The position numbers and the translations under genes were made by a program. A stretch of 54,661 bases of DNA from a virus (Duplodnaviria > Caudoviricetes). This document shows positions 7,836 through 18,600 of this stretch, in pieces. The stretch spans positions 1 to 54,661 of the IMG/VR virus record IMGVR_UViG_3300021962_000133; one strand, written 5' to 3'. Numbering within the stretch: the first letter of the stretch is position 1; every line of letters starts with the position of its first letter. Below the pieces are notes generated by a model. It saw nothing but the letters and a program-made list of their open reading frames with translations, had not been told where the DNA came from and ran no database searches.

Positions 7836-8320
7836 TGCCTACATCTAGTACCTCTATTATAACTGGTGATCCTACAGGTAATATTAATTCCATATTAGCT
7901 TCTAATGGTTATGATAAAACTGGAGATAATAGAAATAATTCAGTATATGCTAGAGTATTAAATGTTTTTGAAGATAAATCTATAACATATGAGTTATTAA
8001 TTGATAATTTAGGAGAATCTAAAGCAGAAACTGACTATACAGGATCTGCTATTGCTTATCCTTATTCTAAAACTATTGGTGTTACACCTTTACAATATGA
8101 ATTAGTAAGATTAATTAATGGTCCTGAACCATATTCTACATCTAATCTACCAGCTCAACCTAGACCAAGAGTTTATTATGAACCTACACCTTTATCACTC
8201 TGGCAAGATGTTAATAATAATATTATATTAAATAATAAAACAGTCTCTTCTAACCCAGATAACGGATTAACAAAACCTATTAATATAAAATCATATGTTA
8301 ATAATTCAAACGGATTTTAA
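7835..8320 (+). CDS. Putative baseplate hub/spike N-terminal (gp5 OB-like) piece
   Basis: ARVLNV...AYPY...PLQYELV pattern and position before gp25/gp6. Confidence 0.45.
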   Translation: MPTSSTSIITGDPTGNINSILASNGYDKTGDNRNNSVYARVLNVFEDKSITYELLIDNLGESKAETDYTGSAIAYPYSKTIGVTPLQYELVRLINGPEPYSTSNLPAQPRPRVYYEPTPLSLWQDVNNNIILNNKTVSSNPDNGLTKPINIKSYVNNSNGF

Positions 8321-9948
8321 TGGGAGGTAATTGGAAAAATACAAAATATTATCCTAGGAAAAATAAACCTGGAGATATTTTTATAGAAGGTAGAGCTTCT
8401 AATGGTATTACTTTAGATAATACAGGTAATATTTTTCTATATTCATCACATAATGAAAATATTACTAACCAATTAACATCTAGTAATTATACAGGTTCTA
8501 TTGAAATATCACCTAATAATGATAAATCTTTTATAGGAATTATAGCTACTTCAACAGATTCATTAATATCACAGTCTCCTATTAATGTTCAAATGGGAGC
8601 TACAAATTATACAACATTAAATTTAAATCCAAGTAAACCAAATATAGTACAAGCAGCTCCAATTCCTCCTCCAACAGATGAAAAATTTACTCATAATCCT
8701 GTAGATAATATTTCTGATATAAGAAGATCAATCATTCCAGGAAAACATAAAGGAACTGATTTCGCTATACCTGTTGGTAGTAACATATATGCTGTTTGGG
8801 ATGGTAAAGTTATAGTTTCTCAATTTAATTATAACCCTAATGGATTTGGAACTACAATAATAATAGAACATGAAGATAAAGGATACTTAACTTTATATGC
8901 TCATTTATCTAAACTTCTTATAGATGTTAATAAAGATGTTAAAGGTGGTCAACTTATAGCTTTAAGTGGAGGTGAAAAAGGAGTAGAAGGTGCGGGTAGC
9001 TCAACAGGTCCTCATTTACATTTTGAATTAAGAAAAGGTACTACAAAAACAACAGATGGTTCTTACAACCCAGCGGCTTATTATAACGCAGCTGTATTAG
9101 AACCTTTAAATTTTTTAACAGGAAGTACAGCTGGAATTATTCTTCCTAATACAGAATTGCCTGAGCCTATGGAGGCAGAAACTAGAGAACTTACTAAAGA
9201 AGAAAAAATTAGTCTTATTAAATCTCAAGAAATAGATTTAGATGGGATTGAAGCAACTTTACCTGAAAATGAAGATGAAGGTGTTGTAACTACAGATATT
9301 GGTGAATACTCAAGAATTCCAACTCCTGAAGAACAAGGAGGCACAGTTAATAAAGTAAATACACCAACCCCAGGTTCACCTCCATCTTCAGGTAAAGGAT
9401 GTACAAAAAATGATTGTAAAACTAGTTATCCTAATCTAAATTTTAATGAAGATGATGTTTCAACAACAATATCATTAGCTGAATTAAAAAAACAAATACT
9501 ATCTAAAACAAATAATAATGTTTCTTTAGCTAAAAGTGTTTGGGCTATATATTGGACAGAATCTTTTAGAATTAATTATGGAGTTTTACCTAATTCTTTA
9601 TTTTCAACTCCTAATTCTCATAACTATACAGGAATCCAAACTGATTCAGGAAACTGGGGAAATAATTTAAGTAAATATTTTATTGGACAAAAATGTTTTA
9701 ATGATCGTGTAAGTTGTAGAGCATTTGCTTTATTTTCAACTCAAGATGATGCTATTAATTTTATGGTTGATAGAGTTAAAGCTAAAGGTTTTGATAAAAC
9801 AGATAATGCTGATAAATGGGCTGATCTTTATTTAAATACTTGGTTTGCTTATAATTTAAAAACAAATAATCCTAATTTATATAATCAAAAATATTCTGGT
9901 ACAAAAGATTTATATAATACAGCTATTAAATATTATAACCAAGTTTAA
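8320..9948 (+). CDS. Baseplate-associated muralytic protein: gp5-like segment + M23 peptidase + putative lysozyme-fold domain
   Basis: GDIFIEGR; HKGTD, YAHL and STGPHLHFE (M23 HxxxD/HxH); C-terminal ES...NYTGIQ...F pattern. Confidence 0.85.
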   Translation: MGGNWKNTKYYPRKNKPGDIFIEGRASNGITLDNTGNIFLYSSHNENITNQLTSSNYTGSIEISPNNDKSFIGIIATSTDSLISQSPINVQMGATNYTTLNLNPSKPNIVQAAPIPPPTDEKFTHNPVDNISDIRRSIIPGKHKGTDFAIPVGSNIYAVWDGKVIVSQFNYNPNGFGTTIIIEHEDKGYLTLYAHLSKLLIDVNKDVKGGQLIALSGGEKGVEGAGSSTGPHLHFELRKGTTKTTDGSYNPAAYYNAAVLEPLNFLTGSTAGIILPNTELPEPMEAETRELTKEEKISLIKSQEIDLDGIEATLPENEDEGVVTTDIGEYSRIPTPEEQGGTVNKVNTPTPGSPPSSGKGCTKNDCKTSYPNLNFNEDDVSTTISLAELKKQILSKTNNNVSLAKSVWAIYWTESFRINYGVLPNSLFSTPNSHNYTGIQTDSGNWGNNLSKYFIGQKCFNDRVSCRAFALFSTQDDAINFMVDRVKAKGFDKTDNADKWADLYLNTWFAYNLKTNNPNLYNQKYSGTKDLYNTAIKYYNQV

Positions 9949-9951
9949 AAC

Positions 9952-10401
9952 ATGAGTACACCATCATTACCTAGTCAATACGAAGGAGAACAAATAATAC
10001 TATCATCTGGTAGACTTATCTTAAATGGTAGATCTGACAGTATATTTTTAAGTGCTAATCAATATATTCATATAAATGCTAATGAAGGTATTTATATAGA
10101 TATAGGACCTAAAGATACAGATAATGAAGCTAATAAATTATATGTAAATGCTCCATTAATTCAATTAGGTGATGAAAAAAATGGAAATTTACAAGCTGTT
10201 GTTAAAGCAGATGATTTAAAACAAGTTTTTGAAAAATTATTTAATGTTATTAATGAATCTAATAGTATTATAGCTACTAGCGCTAAATTACCACCTGTAT
10301 ACACAACAGGTGCTAATTATTTAAAAGCTCAATTAACTGTTATTCTTCAATCATTAGATAACCCAAATTATTTCAAATCAAATATAACTAAAACTATATA
10401 A
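9952..10401 (+). CDS. Putative spike beta-strand-repeat piece (gp5 C-terminal-like)
   Basis: QIILSSGRLILNGRSDSIFLSANQYIHINA alternating beta pattern; baseplate context. Confidence 0.5.
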   Translation: MSTPSLPSQYEGEQIILSSGRLILNGRSDSIFLSANQYIHINANEGIYIDIGPKDTDNEANKLYVNAPLIQLGDEKNGNLQAVVKADDLKQVFEKLFNVINESNSIIATSAKLPPVYTTGANYLKAQLTVILQSLDNPNYFKSNITKTI

Positions 10402-11363
10402 TGGCTATTACTGATGCTATAAACAAACTAAAACCTAATATTAACACCCCAGGAGTTGATAGTATCACTAATCCTACTAATAATATTTCATCAGCATTAG
10501 ATAATTTTAGTACAGATGGTATATCATCTGATAGTATTTTAAAAACATTAGCACCTTTAGTTGAAACTACTTTAATAGGTATAGCTACTTCTGATCAAAC
10601 TATTAATACTATTGTTAAAGAAGCTACATCTTTATTAAATAGAAAAGGAAGAATTGAGATTAATAATGATATTGAAATTCTTTTTTACCCTAATCAAGAA
10701 GGTGATTGGTTTTTTGTTGAAGATCAATTTAATAAAAAAATAGATTTATTAAGAACTAGTATAAATAAAATAAAAGAATTAGTAAATACATTAACTAAAA
10801 TTGTTAATGTAACTAATAAAATATTAATAGCTCTTAATATATTTCTTGAATTTAGGCAAAAATTACTTAGTGCTCAATTAATATCATCAGCAGCTGATTT
10901 ATCCAGTCCTGCTCCTTCAAAACCTATAACAGCTCAAACTATAATTGACTTAAGTAGTAAAATTAATAAAAATATAGAAATACAAAATAAAATTAAAGAT
11001 ATTAATGATGTTTTAACTACTATTTCAAATATTTTGTTAATCATTAATACTTTATTAGCTACTTTAAAAATTAAATTAAGTAAAGCTAAATTCACTGTTG
11101 TTGTTAGTGATAATAATTTTAATGAAACTAAAAAAGTATTAACTGATAGATTTGATGAAGTTGATACTGCTTTTACTTTAGAAGAAACTATAAATTCAAC
11201 TAATAATATTAAATATGTTATAAAAGTAATACCATTAAAAGATGGATTTAATAAAGCAGCTGCTTATGATTCATTATCTGGTTTATTAATTACTGAAACA
11301 GCTCCTAGTATATCTAAAACTCCATTAGAATTAATTGATGAACTAAAACAAATACTTAGTTAA
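10401..11363 (+). CDS. Hypothetical coiled-coil virion-associated protein
   Basis: 320 aa with long amphipathic helices, inside the baseplate module. Confidence 0.6.
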   Translation: MAITDAINKLKPNINTPGVDSITNPTNNISSALDNFSTDGISSDSILKTLAPLVETTLIGIATSDQTINTIVKEATSLLNRKGRIEINNDIEILFYPNQEGDWFFVEDQFNKKIDLLRTSINKIKELVNTLTKIVNVTNKILIALNIFLEFRQKLLSAQLISSAADLSSPAPSKPITAQTIIDLSSKINKNIEIQNKIKDINDVLTTISNILLIINTLLATLKIKLSKAKFTVVVSDNNFNETKKVLTDRFDEVDTAFTLEETINSTNNIKYVIKVIPLKDGFNKAAAYDSLSGLLITETAPSISKTPLELIDELKQILS

Positions 11364-11380
11364 TATAAATATTTATAACC

Positions 11381-11806
11381 ATGAAAACAAATGAATTTCT
11401 TAATTTAATTAGAAAAGTTGTACGAGATGAAGTTAGGACAGTTCTTAGAGAAGAACTAGCTGACATTAATAAAACTCAAATTATTGAAAATAAATCTATT
11501 AAAAATTTAGTTAAAGACATTCCTGTTAAAAAAGAATTTAAACCTACAGGTAATCCAATAACTGATATTTTACAAGAAACAGCTGCTGAAGGGAGTTGGA
11601 GAACTTTACTTAATGCTACTTCTCCAATGGCTCCTAATTTTTCTAGTATGATGCCTAATATTAATGGTCATCAAACCCAAGCTACTACAGTTGAAGGTTT
11701 TTTAAAATCTGCTAAACCATCAAATGATGTAAGTCAAGTACAATTAGGTGATGTACCTGATTATAGAGCTATGATGGGTAAACTAAAAGAAAAAGGTAAA
11801 ATTTAA
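11381..11806 (+). CDS. Hypothetical protein
   Basis: LIRKVVRDEVRTVLREE N-terminus; ATATTTATA upstream. Confidence 0.7.
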   Translation: MKTNEFLNLIRKVVRDEVRTVLREELADINKTQIIENKSIKNLVKDIPVKKEFKPTGNPITDILQETAAEGSWRTLLNATSPMAPNFSSMMPNINGHQTQATTVEGFLKSAKPSNDVSQVQLGDVPDYRAMMGKLKEKGKI

Positions 11807-12210
11807 TGGCTATTAATAGACCAATATATAAAATAAATACAACATCTTTAGTTCCTCAAAGAACTTTAGGTATTAGTATTATTTTTGGTGGAAATAATGT
11901 TTTTGTACCAACAATAACTACTAAAGAACAAGTTAAATCAAATTTAATTAATTTTGTTTTAACAAATAATGAAGAACGTTTATTTGATCCTACATTTGGT
12001 GGAAATATAAGATCTTCAATTTTTGAACAAGATACTACATTAGACAGTATTTTAGAATCTTTAAAAGATAGAATATTAGCTTATGTACCTGGTATAACAA
12101 TTAATGATATAACTGTTACTAGAAATTCTGATCAAAACCAAGCTAATTTAATAATTGATTACAGTATATATAATCAATCTGATGTATTAAATATTAACAT
12201 AACACAATGA
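11806..12210 (+). CDS. gp25: Baseplate wedge protein gp25-like
   Basis: QVKSNLINFVLTNNEERLFDPTFG motif, 134 aa, precedes gp6. Confidence 0.85.
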   Translation: MAINRPIYKINTTSLVPQRTLGISIIFGGNNVFVPTITTKEQVKSNLINFVLTNNEERLFDPTFGGNIRSSIFEQDTTLDSILESLKDRILAYVPGITINDITVTRNSDQNQANLIIDYSIYNQSDVLNINITQ

Positions 12211-14078
12211 GTCAAGACATTCAATATATAAATCGAGATTTTACTCAACTTAAACAAAGTTTAGTTGATTATATTAAAAACTATTATCAAAATAGTTACA
12301 TAGATTTTGGACCATCAGCTCCAGGAAATATGTTTATTGACTTAGCTGCTTATGTAGGAGATGTTTTATCATTTTATACTGATAATCAACTTCAAGAAAC
12401 TTTATTAGCTTATGCTAAAGAAGAAAAAAATATTTTAGCTTTAGCTTATTCTTTAGGATATAAACCTAAAGTAATATCAACTGCTCAAGTTGTTTTAGAT
12501 ATATACCAATTATTACCATCAGATGCTGCTAATAGTTATAACCCAGATTATAGATATGCTCTTCAAGTATTAGAAGGTTCTGTTGTTAATTCTAATTCAA
12601 ATTCTAGTGTTAATTTTATAACAGAAAATTTAGTTGATTTTAAATTTTCATCATCTTTTGATCCAACTGATGTATCAGTATATAGCTATTATGCAAGTAC
12701 AAACAACCCAGAATTTTACTTATTAAAAAAACAAGTAAATGCTTATTCTGGTATTAAAAAATCAACAACATTTAGTTTTGGTAGCCCTGAACAATTTTCA
12801 ACAGTTGAGTTAGTTGATGATAATATAATTAAAATAGAAAATATAATTGACAGTGATGGAAATATATATTATGAAGTACCTTATTTAGCCCAAGATACAA
12901 TAATTGATAAATCTTATAATATTCCTGTTAATGAACCTAACTACGCTCAATATAGAGACTCAGCTCCTTATATGTTAAGGTTAAAAAAAGTAAATAGAAG
13001 ATTTACAACTAGATTTACAAATAATACAACTTTAGAAATAGGATTTGGATCTGGAGTTTCATCGGTTCAAGATGAATTAATAATCCCAAACCCAGATAAT
13101 GTTGGTTTAGGTTTAGTAGATGGTATTTCTAAATTTAATACTGCTTTTGACCCATCAAACTTTTTATATACTAAAGAATATGGTTTAGCTCCTTCAAATA
13201 CAACATTAACTGTAAATTATGTAGTTGGTGGAGGTCCAGAATCAAATGTACCACCAGATGATTTAATAAATGCTATTAATTTAAATACATATGTTGATTC
13301 ATATGGTTTAAATGGAGGTATATTAAATATTGTAAATGAATCTATAAGATTTAACAACTCTATAGGTGCTACAGGAGGAGGTCCTGGTGATTCAGTTGAA
13401 GAAATAAGGTTAAATGCTTTAGCTAACTTTCCTACTCAATTAAGAGGTGTAACTAAAGAAGATTATTTAATTAGAACTTTATCAATGCCATCAGAATTTG
13501 GTTATATATCTAAAGCATATGTTACTCAAGATTATAGAGTAGGTGTTGATATTGATAGACCATCTGAATTATTAAATAGTAATCCATTAGCTTTATCTAT
13601 TTATATTTTATCAAATGATATTAATAATAAATTAACACAAGCTTCCCAAGCTGTTAAAGTTAATTTAAAAAATTATTTAGAACAATTTAAAATGGTTACA
13701 GATGCTATTTCTATTAAAGATGCTTTTTATATAAATGTAGGTGTTAACTTTGATATATCTGTTTTAACTGGTTATAATGCTCAAACAGTTTTATTAGATT
13801 GTATTACTAGATTACAAAACTTTTTTGATACTAATAAATGGCAAATTAATCAACCTATTATAAAATCAGCTGTTGAAAGTACAATATTATCTGCTCCAGG
13901 TGTTCAAACTGTAAGAAAATTAGAATTTATAAATAAAGCTGGAGGTAATTATTCTCCTTATACTTATGATTTAAATGCTGCTACATTAAATGGAGTTATT
14001 TATCCTTCAATAGATCCTTCTATATTTGAAATTAGATTTCCTGAATCAGATATATATGGACGCGTAATAGTTTATTAA
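12207..14078 (+). CDS. gp6: Baseplate wedge protein gp6/J-like
   Basis: RDF..LK, DLAAYVGDVLSFY, LGYKP, ATGG..DSVEEIR, RGVTKEDY. Confidence 0.9.
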   Translation: MSQDIQYINRDFTQLKQSLVDYIKNYYQNSYIDFGPSAPGNMFIDLAAYVGDVLSFYTDNQLQETLLAYAKEEKNILALAYSLGYKPKVISTAQVVLDIYQLLPSDAANSYNPDYRYALQVLEGSVVNSNSNSSVNFITENLVDFKFSSSFDPTDVSVYSYYASTNNPEFYLLKKQVNAYSGIKKSTTFSFGSPEQFSTVELVDDNIIKIENIIDSDGNIYYEVPYLAQDTIIDKSYNIPVNEPNYAQYRDSAPYMLRLKKVNRRFTTRFTNNTTLEIGFGSGVSSVQDELIIPNPDNVGLGLVDGISKFNTAFDPSNFLYTKEYGLAPSNTTLTVNYVVGGGPESNVPPDDLINAINLNTYVDSYGLNGGILNIVNESIRFNNSIGATGGGPGDSVEEIRLNALANFPTQLRGVTKEDYLIRTLSMPSEFGYISKAYVTQDYRVGVDIDRPSELLNSNPLALSIYILSNDINNKLTQASQAVKVNLKNYLEQFKMVTDAISIKDAFYINVGVNFDISVLTGYNAQTVLLDCITRLQNFFDTNKWQINQPIIKSAVESTILSAPGVQTVRKLEFINKAGGNYSPYTYDLNAATLNGVIYPSIDPSIFEIRFPESDIYGRVIVY

Positions 14079-14095
14079 AAATATATTTATATTAA

Positions 14096-15268
14096 ATGGC
14101 TGTATATAAAATATTCCCTATAAAAGATGCTACAATCTATTCAGATTATCCACACCTTAACTCAGGTATTGATGAAATCTTAGATATTTCTAAACAATTA
14201 TCTAGAGTATATGATAATCAATCAGCGGCTAGAAGAATTTTAATCAAATTTGATCAAGAACCAATTACAACAATAATTAATAATGCTTCTTCTTCAGCTG
14301 TAACATCTAGTTTAAAATTATTTGCAGCTAATGTTAGTGGATTACCTTCAGATATTACTTTAATAATTAATCCTATTTCTCAATCTTGGGATATGGGAAC
14401 TGGAAGATATTCTGATATTCCTATTGTTGAAGATGGAGTTAGTTGGAGATATAGAAAATCTAATAGGTCAGATGCTTGGCCTACAACTTTTATAAATGGA
14501 ACCACAGGTTCTTATACAGGATCAAATTATGGTGGTGGAGCATGGTTTACAGCTTCAGTAACTCAATCTTTTAGTTATTATACTACAAAAGATATTAATG
14601 TTAATGTTTCATCTTTAGTTAATATGTGGTATAATGGTACTATTCAAAATGAAGGATTTGTAATAAGATTAAGTGGTTCTGCTTATAATGAGTTTAGTAC
14701 TTCATCTTTATATAATTTTGATTTCTTTTCAAGAGATACTAATACAATATATCCTCCTTGTTTAGAAATGAAATGGGACGATTCTGTTTGGAACACAGGA
14801 TCATTAGTAACTATAACAGATGATAATGTAATAGTTAATTTAGGTAATAATAAATCTACTTATCGTGACTCAGAATATACTAAAATAAGAGTTTATGTAA
14901 GAGAAAAATATCCTGCTAGGATATTCACTACCTCTTCATTATATATATTTAATAATTCATTACCTCAAACATCTTATTATTCAATTGTAGATGTTGATAC
15001 TAATGAAACAATAATAGATTTTGATGATGTATCCACTAAATTAAGTTCAGACTCAACAAGTAATTATTTTAATTTATATATGAACGGATTAGAACCAGAT
15101 AGATATTATAGAGTATTAGTTAAATCTATTATAGGAGCTAATGTTTATATATTTGATCAACCTGACTTTTATTTTAAAGTTATACAAAATGTAAATGCAA
15201 CTGTTGATAACATTTTCACAAATGGTTCTTCATTTACTACAGCTTTTGATTTATCTTTCTCAAGTTAA
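14096..15268 (+). CDS. Virion structural protein (DNRLRE-like beta domain)
   Basis: KDATIYS...NSG, RILIKFD, SW..G, FFSRD...PCLE pattern. Confidence 0.6.
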   Translation: MAVYKIFPIKDATIYSDYPHLNSGIDEILDISKQLSRVYDNQSAARRILIKFDQEPITTIINNASSSAVTSSLKLFAANVSGLPSDITLIINPISQSWDMGTGRYSDIPIVEDGVSWRYRKSNRSDAWPTTFINGTTGSYTGSNYGGGAWFTASVTQSFSYYTTKDINVNVSSLVNMWYNGTIQNEGFVIRLSGSAYNEFSTSSLYNFDFFSRDTNTIYPPCLEMKWDDSVWNTGSLVTITDDNVIVNLGNNKSTYRDSEYTKIRVYVREKYPARIFTTSSLYIFNNSLPQTSYYSIVDVDTNETIIDFDDVSTKLSSDSTSNYFNLYMNGLEPDRYYRVLVKSIIGANVYIFDQPDFYFKVIQNVNATVDNIFTNGSSFTTAFDLSFSS

Positions 15269-15269
15269 T

Positions 15270-15617
15270 ATGGCAGAAACAGTAAATATTAAAAAAACTA
15301 TATATGATGCTAACAGCTTTAAGGAAGTTGTAAATACTAGTTTTACTCAATTAATTCCACAAGATCCTCCAACAACATTAGACACAGGAAGTATAGTACT
15401 ATCAGTTCAAGATTTTTTTAGACTATATAATACTTTATTTTATACAATCCCTACAACAGGTTCTTTAAATTCTCATGAATATATAGTTGAAACAAGTTTA
15501 AAATACCTTGGTGTGTCTTTAGATAGTATTTATAATGAATTAGAACTTTTAAGACAAGAAAATGTTCGATTAAAAAATCAAATAGTTTCATCAACTTTTA
15601 CTAATTTAACACCATAA
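15270..15617 (+). CDS. Hypothetical structural protein (start at ATG 15270)
   Basis: MAETVNIKK...; starts right after the previous stop. Confidence 0.65.
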   Translation: MAETVNIKKTIYDANSFKEVVNTSFTQLIPQDPPTTLDTGSIVLSVQDFFRLYNTLFYTIPTTGSLNSHEYIVETSLKYLGVSLDSIYNELELLRQENVRLKNQIVSSTFTNLTP

Positions 15618-15618
15618 T

Positions 15619-18600
15619 ATGGGAATAATAGTTACTAAGTTACCATCAAATGATAGAATATTAACTCCACAAGAGCAATCTTTAGTAGTTAATAAAGAAA
15701 TGACCAGAAAATTTGGTCAACCTGAAGATTTTATTGAATTACATGTTTATGATAATACTGATAAATTAATAAGATCTATTATTCCTTATAAAAATTATAG
15801 TGTACCTAATAATGGTGTTACAGGTGATGTTGATGCAACAACAGAATTATCATTTGACCCAGCTTTTGATATACAACAATTAGGTTTTAGTAGAGGTTCA
15901 TTTATAACAGATTATAATGTTTTAAGACCTAAAATTTATTTAGGTGTTGAAAGAGTATTTTTTATAAAAGAAATATCAAGTGATAGACTTGAATTAAGAT
16001 TAAATTCAACAGAATTACCTAATAACTTAATATTAAGTGGAGGTTCATCTTTTATAAATGAATTTTATGGTACTCCATATTTTAAAGAATTTTATTTAAA
16101 TTTTGGTCAAAACAGATTTATTCCTGCTGTTAATATAGCTTTAGATTTAAGTGATGACAAATATTCTGTTTTAATTAAATTAATTAATCCATTACCTGTT
16201 GAATTTACTCAAAATGATAGAATAGGTATAGTTGATAAATTATCAATTGATGATAGATTTTCTGTTTCTATTACAATTGATATAACACCCCCAGCTTTAC
16301 CAACATTAAGACCAGCTAATTTTAATTTAGATACTGACTATTTAGTTGCTGGTTCTACTCCATATTACAATTATAATCAAATAACAAATGTAACAAGTTC
16401 TCAAAATCCTTTATTTCAAAGACTTTTAACTTATATGTCTTCATCAACATTCCAAATTAATGTTGATTATACAGATTATAATAATTTTATTCATTTTTCC
16501 TCAGCTACTGAAAGATTAAATGCTTTTCAATATAAAATTAATCAAATAGAATTATATAATAAGACAATAACTTCAGCTAGTTTAAGTTCAGCACCTGCTT
16601 CAGCTTTAACAGTTACTTCTTCTTTAAATTCTATTAATAAAATAATTAAAAGTTTTGATGGATATGAAAATTATTTATATTTTGAGTCAAGTTCATATGC
16701 TTGGCCTAAAATAAATAATACTAAACCATATCAATTATATTCTGTGTCAAGTTCACAAGTTATAACATGGTATAGTGGATCATATAATAGTGGATCAATA
16801 TATGATGATAATAACCAAAATTATTTATTAAACGCGTTACCTACTTATATTACTGATAATAGTAGTAATGAACAATTATTTACTTACATATCAGCTTTAG
16901 GTCAAATGTTTGATGAAATTTGGCTTTATATTAAAGCTATAGTTGATTTACATCAAGCAAAAAATAAATTATCTGAAGGTATATCTAAAGATTTAGTTTA
17001 TTATGCTTTACAATCTGTAGGTATTAAAGTATATACAGATGAAGATGGAACTGAAACATTTGATTATTTATATGGTGTTAACCAAAATGGAACATATCTC
17101 CCAGTTACATCATCATATCAAACATTAATATCATCTTCACAATATCAAACATCTGGTCAAGATCAAATTAAATCTTTTTATAAAAGATTATATAACAATC
17201 TACCAGCTTTATTAAAATCAAAAGGAACAAATAAATTCGCTGATTATTTATCTACAGTTTATGGTATTCCTGATACTATTTTAAGACCTTTAGAATTTGG
17301 TGGTACTGATAAAAATGAAAGTACTGTTGAATATAGTTTTGATAGATTTACATATACACTTCAAGTAAGTGGTTCTCAATACATTTATACTCCATGGACA
17401 ACTTTATCTTCATCATATGTTGATTCTGTTTATTCTGATAAATCTATAAATGCGTTTGAGTTTAGATTTAAACCTTTTGAAAATTCTTATATTCCTCCTA
17501 CTCAATCTTTAGCAGTTATTAGAAATTTTAATACTAATAATGATCCTGTTGTTGGTGTTACTTTAACTAAATATATTACTGGAAGTTATAATTATGGTGT
17601 AGTTAAACTTTATATGGATAATAATGGAGGTGGTTCTACAACTACTTATGCCACATTATCTTTAGATCCTTTACCAATATTTGTAACTAATTCTTTAGGT
17701 GAGTATAATTGGTATAATATATTAGTTCAAAGAGTTTTAGGATCTGATACATCTTATGTTGACTCCGGATATGTTAATTCAGGATATGTACTTGATGATA
17801 GTGATTACCTATATAACATATATGTTAAAAATGAAGTTGGAGGAGAAATAGGACATCAAGCCAGTGGTTCTTTAACAGGTTCAGTAGAAATTACAGATAT
17901 AGCTTGGAGTGGTAGTACTACCAAACAGTTAGTTATTGGAGGATATGATATTACACCTAATAATTCTATTTTTGGAAATAGATTTAGTGGTTCTTTACAA
18001 GAATTAAGATTGTGGGGAGTTCCATTATCTCAATCAAAATTTAATCATCATGTATTAAACCCAGAATCATTTGAAGGTAATGATACAACTTCTCCTTATG
18101 ATAAATTAGTAGGTAGATTTCCTTTAGGTAATGATTTATATACTTACAATCATTCTTTAACAACAAAAGTATATGGTGTTCAACCAAATATAAGTATGGC
18201 TTATAGCTCATCCGCTTATACTACATCATCATATATTTCAGCTAGTGGATTTTTGAACCAAAATAACTATGCTTCTTTTAAAGAAACATATTATACAAAT
18301 CCAGCTATTTCAACTTATACTAGTCCAGTAACTAGTAAAATTGATATTGTTAGTAGTAGTGTTTATGGTGATATTTTAACATTAAATCATTCTATTGTTC
18401 AATCTCCTATATTAACAAATACTACTGATATTCATTTATATCAATTTGGTTTCTCACCACAAGATGAAATAAATGAAGATATTATAGCTCATTTAGGAAC
18501 AACATATAATATAGATGATATAATAGGAAATCCTGAAGAAGCTAGTTCAACATCTTATGAAGATTTAACTTTATTACAAAATAAATACTTTAAAAAATAT

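Noticed and set aside
11364-11377. Canonical T4 late promoter TATAAATA
   Set aside because: Here it occurs on the sense strand only as half of the palindrome TATAAATATTTATA. The motif that recurs before genes is TATTTATA.
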